A stretch of 64,000 bases of DNA from Candidatus Poribacteria bacterium (GTDB lineage: Bacteria; Poribacteria; WGA-4E; WGA-3G). The notes below the pieces were generated by a model. It was not told where the DNA came from, did not search any database, and saw only the letters and a program-made list of their open reading frames with translations. Below, in pieces: positions 60,846 to 64,000 of this stretch. Each line of letters begins with the position of its first letter. Within the stretch, counting starts at the first letter, position 1. Both the position numbers and the translations under genes were made by a program. The DNA is taken from positions 352,001 to 416,000 of the forward strand of contig OZ251518.1 in NCBI GenBank assembly GCA_965242965.1. Direction: 5' to 3'.

Positions 60846-61409
60846 ATGAATAAAAATAGACTCATCTTTGGCATCACGCTTCTTTTTGTCGGCGCGCTGA
60901 TTGCGGTGAGCATCAACCGCGCACAGAGTCAAAACGATATGGTGGTGAAGGGAAAATACCTCGTGGATACCGTCGGTGCGTGCGGACAGTGCCACACGCC
61001 GCGCGCGGGCGCAGCATTTGATATGGAGATGTATCTCGCCGGACACCCGGCGAATGCCCCGGCACCGCGCTACGATTTTAGCATGATGCGACAGGGCATC
61101 TTTTTGTTAACGGCTCCGACGATGAGTGCCTTCTCTGGCCCCTTCGGGACGAGTTTCGCCTCGAATCTGACACCGGATAATGAGACAGGACTCGGAGAAT
61201 GGACAGAGGCGATGTTCATCGGCGCGATACGCACTGGGCATCATCAAGGCGAGGAGAGCAATCGGAAGATTCTGCCGCCGATGCCGACGAAGCATTACGC
61301 GGAAATGTCGGACACAGATCTGAAGGCGATTTGGGCGTATCTCCGCACGGTGAAACCTGTGAAAAACGAGGTGAGCCCCGCGCTCAATCAGCGAGGGCGG
61401 CCGTATTAA
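60846..61409 (+). CDS. Periplasmic c-type cytochrome
   Basis: Signal peptide; GKYLV...CGQCHTP, NLTPD.ETGLG.W, PPMP and AIWAYLRT motifs. Confidence 0.88.
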   Translation: MNKNRLIFGITLLFVGALIAVSINRAQSQNDMVVKGKYLVDTVGACGQCHTPRAGAAFDMEMYLAGHPANAPAPRYDFSMMRQGIFLLTAPTMSAFSGPFGTSFASNLTPDNETGLGEWTEAMFIGAIRTGHHQGEESNRKILPPMPTKHYAEMSDTDLKAIWAYLRTVKPVKNEVSPALNQRGRPY

Positions 61410-61438
61410 ACCCGCGCTATTAAATTGGGAGAATCTTT

Positions 61439-62499
61439 ATGACATCAACAAACGGGACGGCGCGCATCGCCGTTGTCGGCATGGGTATCGGCCGGCCGAA
61501 CGGTGCTGCGCTTGCACGAAACCCACGCGGACAGGTAGTTGCCCTCTGCGACTTGGTTGAAAACGGATGCAAGCCTTCGCCGCCGATTTGCCGGACGAAG
61601 TCACCTTTTATACCGATTACAAGCAGATGTGCAAGGCGGACGACATTGACGCTGTCTTCGTGGGCACGCCGAATCAGTGGCACGTGCCGATTGCGTTGGA
61701 GGCGGTGCGCAACGGCAAGCACGTCATGGTAACAAAACCGCTCGCGGATTCGGAAGAAGCGGCGCAACAGTTGGTAACCGCAGCGGAAGCGGCGGGGGTT
61801 GTCAACATGATGTCCCTCTCCACCCGCTTCGGTGACAGCTGCCAATATCTCGGTAACCTTGCGCGCGGTGACTACTTCGGCGAGCTCTACTATGCTCGTG
61901 CGCGCAGCGTCCGTCGGAACGGCATCCCGGCTTGGAACCTCGGTTTCATTCAGCAGGGAGGCGGTGCATTCCGCGATATGGGTGTGCATGTGCTTGATGC
62001 AGTCTGGTGGCTCTTGGGATTGCCGAAGCCGGTTGCGGTGCTCGGTGCCGCTGGCGCGAAGTTTGGCCCGCGCGGACGCGGCTATTGGAACCGCACCCGG
62101 CCCCCGAAAGAGACTTACGAGCAATACGCGGCGGATGACTACGCCGGTGGGTTTATCACTTTTGAGAACGGACTCGGTTTGCAAGTCGAAAGTTTTTGGG
62201 CATCGCACCAACCGGACGAATTTCAGATAGAGTTGTTTGGCACGGAGGCGGGGGCGACGCTAAGTCCGCTACGCCTTTTCCGTACGGACGATGAGGGCAT
62301 CTCCGAGGATATCAACGTGAATCTGCCGCCAGGGAAATATAAAGAGGCGTGGGATGCCATCGCTGCGCATTTCATTGAATGCATCCTTGACGGTGTAACG
62401 TGCAAGGCTCCCCTCCGCCATGGGCTGATTGTCCAGCAGATGATGGAAGGTCTGCTTAAAAGTGCGGAGACTGGGCGCGAAGTTCAACTTGACGTTTGA
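61439..62499 (+). CDS. Gfo/Idh/MocA oxidoreductase with a 1-bp frameshift near 61560
   Basis: Rossmann start (RIAVVGMGIG..ALCDLVE) in one frame, remainder (GKHVMVTKP, DMGVHVLD) in another; one extra A in the A4 run joins them. Confidence 0.8.
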
Positions 62500-62533
62500 T
62501 GCCCCTGCAATTCGCGAGCAGTCCGTTAAGACT

Positions 62534-63013
62534 GAGGGTGTTTCATATCGCGATGCACACCTGTAGGAGAGACCTCCCGGTCTCGATGCCGCCCAGTAGG
62601 AGAGCCCTCTGGTCTCGATGTTCCCGTAGCGCGGGAGCCCTCGGATGCCATCCGCGCATCCGAGCGGGTTTCCCCCGCGAGCACCATCGTCAAGATCTGG
62701 TCTCAATGTTCCCGTAGCGCGGGGGCCCTCGGATGCCATCCGCGCATCCGAGCGGGTTTCCCCCGCGAGCACCATCGTCAAGATGCTGTCTTAGGTCCTT
62801 TAGGTCCTACATGTCTATAGAAAAACGTGTCGGCCCTAGTCAAGGTCCTTTAGGTCCTTAATAACACACGCGCGGCCCTGGTAAAATCTATTAAGGACCT
62901 AAAGGACCTTAGCGTTCTTCGCGGGTGCGCGTGCTATAGACATTAAGGACCTAAAGGACCTAAAAGACGTTTTTTTCATCGTATTTGACAACAACGAGTT
63001 ATGAAACACCCTC
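62534..63013. mobile_element. 480-bp MITE-like element with a 9-bp target-site duplication
   Basis: GTTAAGACT-[GAGGGTGTTTCATA ... TATGAAACACCCTC]-GTTAAGACT. Confidence 0.88.
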
Positions 63014-63045
63014 GTTAAGACTGCAATGTTTAGAGAGGCGTGACA

Positions 63046-63759
63046 ATGCATCTGGATATACCAACGCTTTGCAATAGTTTTGCCGAGACAGGGTTCGCCA
63101 TCGTGCCGAATCTGTTCACGCGAACCGAAGTCCAACGGCTGAAATCGGAGTGTGTTGACATTCTGGCGGCAGTCCAAGCAGATACGGGTGTGGAGAACGC
63201 TGCTGGACACGGCGTTTTCGTCGGTTTGGCTGCACGGAGTCCTGTCTTTCAAGAGGCAGTCGGCGATGCGCGATTGCTTGCTATTTTAGCGGAAATTCTC
63301 GCGCCGGATATTGAATTCTTGAGCGATAAATTCGTCTTCAAGAGCGCGTCCACGGACTTCGCGAGCCCGTGGCACCAAGATTGGCCCTATTGGCACGGCG
63401 CGCATAAAGTTTCTATCTGGGTTGCCCTTGACGATGCCACCGTGGAGAACGGCTGCCTCAAATTGTTCCCAGGTTCTCATAAATCCGCCATTATCCACGA
63501 TGGTGATGCGAGTGATGGGCACGGGTTCGGCAATCGCCTTCGTTCCGATGCGGTGGATGAAACGCAAGCGGTGACAGCGGAATTGGAGGCTGGCGGTGCT
63601 GTTTTCTTCCACGATTTGACGCTTCACGCCAGCCATCCGAACCGTTCCGGCGCTGAACGCTGGGTATGGATTCCCACCTATCGGGATGCAAACGCCGAGG
63701 ATAACGATTATCCGTGGGCAGTCGCCGCGAAAGTTGTCCGCGGCGAAAAACGAATCTGA
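63046..63759 (+). CDS. Phytanoyl-CoA dioxygenase family protein
   Basis: PWHQD, SIWVALDDA..ENGCL..PGSH and LHAS.PN.S..R motifs. Confidence 0.9.
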   Translation: MHLDIPTLCNSFAETGFAIVPNLFTRTEVQRLKSECVDILAAVQADTGVENAAGHGVFVGLAARSPVFQEAVGDARLLAILAEILAPDIEFLSDKFVFKSASTDFASPWHQDWPYWHGAHKVSIWVALDDATVENGCLKLFPGSHKSAIIHDGDASDGHGFGNRLRSDAVDETQAVTAELEAGGAVFFHDLTLHASHPNRSGAERWVWIPTYRDANAEDNDYPWAVAAKVVRGEKRI

Positions 63760-63771
63760 AGAGAAGGAGAT

Positions 63772-64000
63772 ATGATGTTTAAAAATCTGAGTACCGGTGC
63801 TATTGGCATCCGGGCGAACATGCAAGAAGGCCTCGCATTAGCGAATGCCGCGGGGTTTGAAGGACTTGACCTGGGTATTGACGAGGCGAGCCAACTCGCG
63901 CAAGAACATTCTGTCCAATTTGTCAAAGAACTCTGGGCAGAAGCCGGCATCAAAATGGGCGGCTGGGGCTTCGGCGTGAATTGGCGCGGTGCCGATGCTG
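63772..64000 (+). CDS. Sugar phosphate isomerase/epimerase (TIM barrel), partial
   Basis: AAGGAG SD; MMFKNLSTGAIGI...LALANAAGFEGLDL; runs off the right edge. Confidence 0.7.
   Translation, partial: MMFKNLSTGAIGIRANMQEGLALANAAGFEGLDLGIDEASQLAQEHSVQFVKELWAEAGIKMGGWGFGVNWRGADA

Overview
A bacterial window, about 55-60% GC by eye, that looks like Candidatus Poribacteria. This is an inference from the many PhyH, Gfo/Idh/MocA and enolase-superfamily genes, secreted proteins ending in a 'KL(S/T)TTWGxxK'-type tail, and an ECF sigma factor fused to a beta-propeller. Gene content from left to right: a VWA/DUF58 module behind an RsbW-RsbV-RsbU partner-switching operon; NHL, DUF1501 and DUF1800 genes; a 1395-aa secreted lamin-tail/Ig-like protein; a co-directional defence-like block (adenine MTase, truncated Uma2, heptad-repeat coiled coil, PLD-SNF2 helicase, arcTGT-ArcS-like fusion, Fe-ADH); argD and a dehydratase; three tandem hicAB pairs; and many catabolic and secreted-protein genes. 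No rRNA, tRNA, CRISPR array or transposase was seen. Highlights: (1) a probable phase-variable attenuator controlling the large surface protein, made of a consensus promoter, a leader ORF with a C9 tract, and an intrinsic terminator that the leader would cross only in the C8/C11 phase; (2) the identical 18-mer TGA-G9-TAAATG also frameshifts the MTase C-terminus; (3) a bacterial arcTGT+ArcS-motif fusion next to the MTase/helicase; (4) modular GTAG-REP arrays, some with IS-like ends, flanked by 8-37 bp target duplications, one inserted in frame inside a gene; (5) a diversifying hicAB triplet. All product calls come from motif recognition only; no database searches were run.
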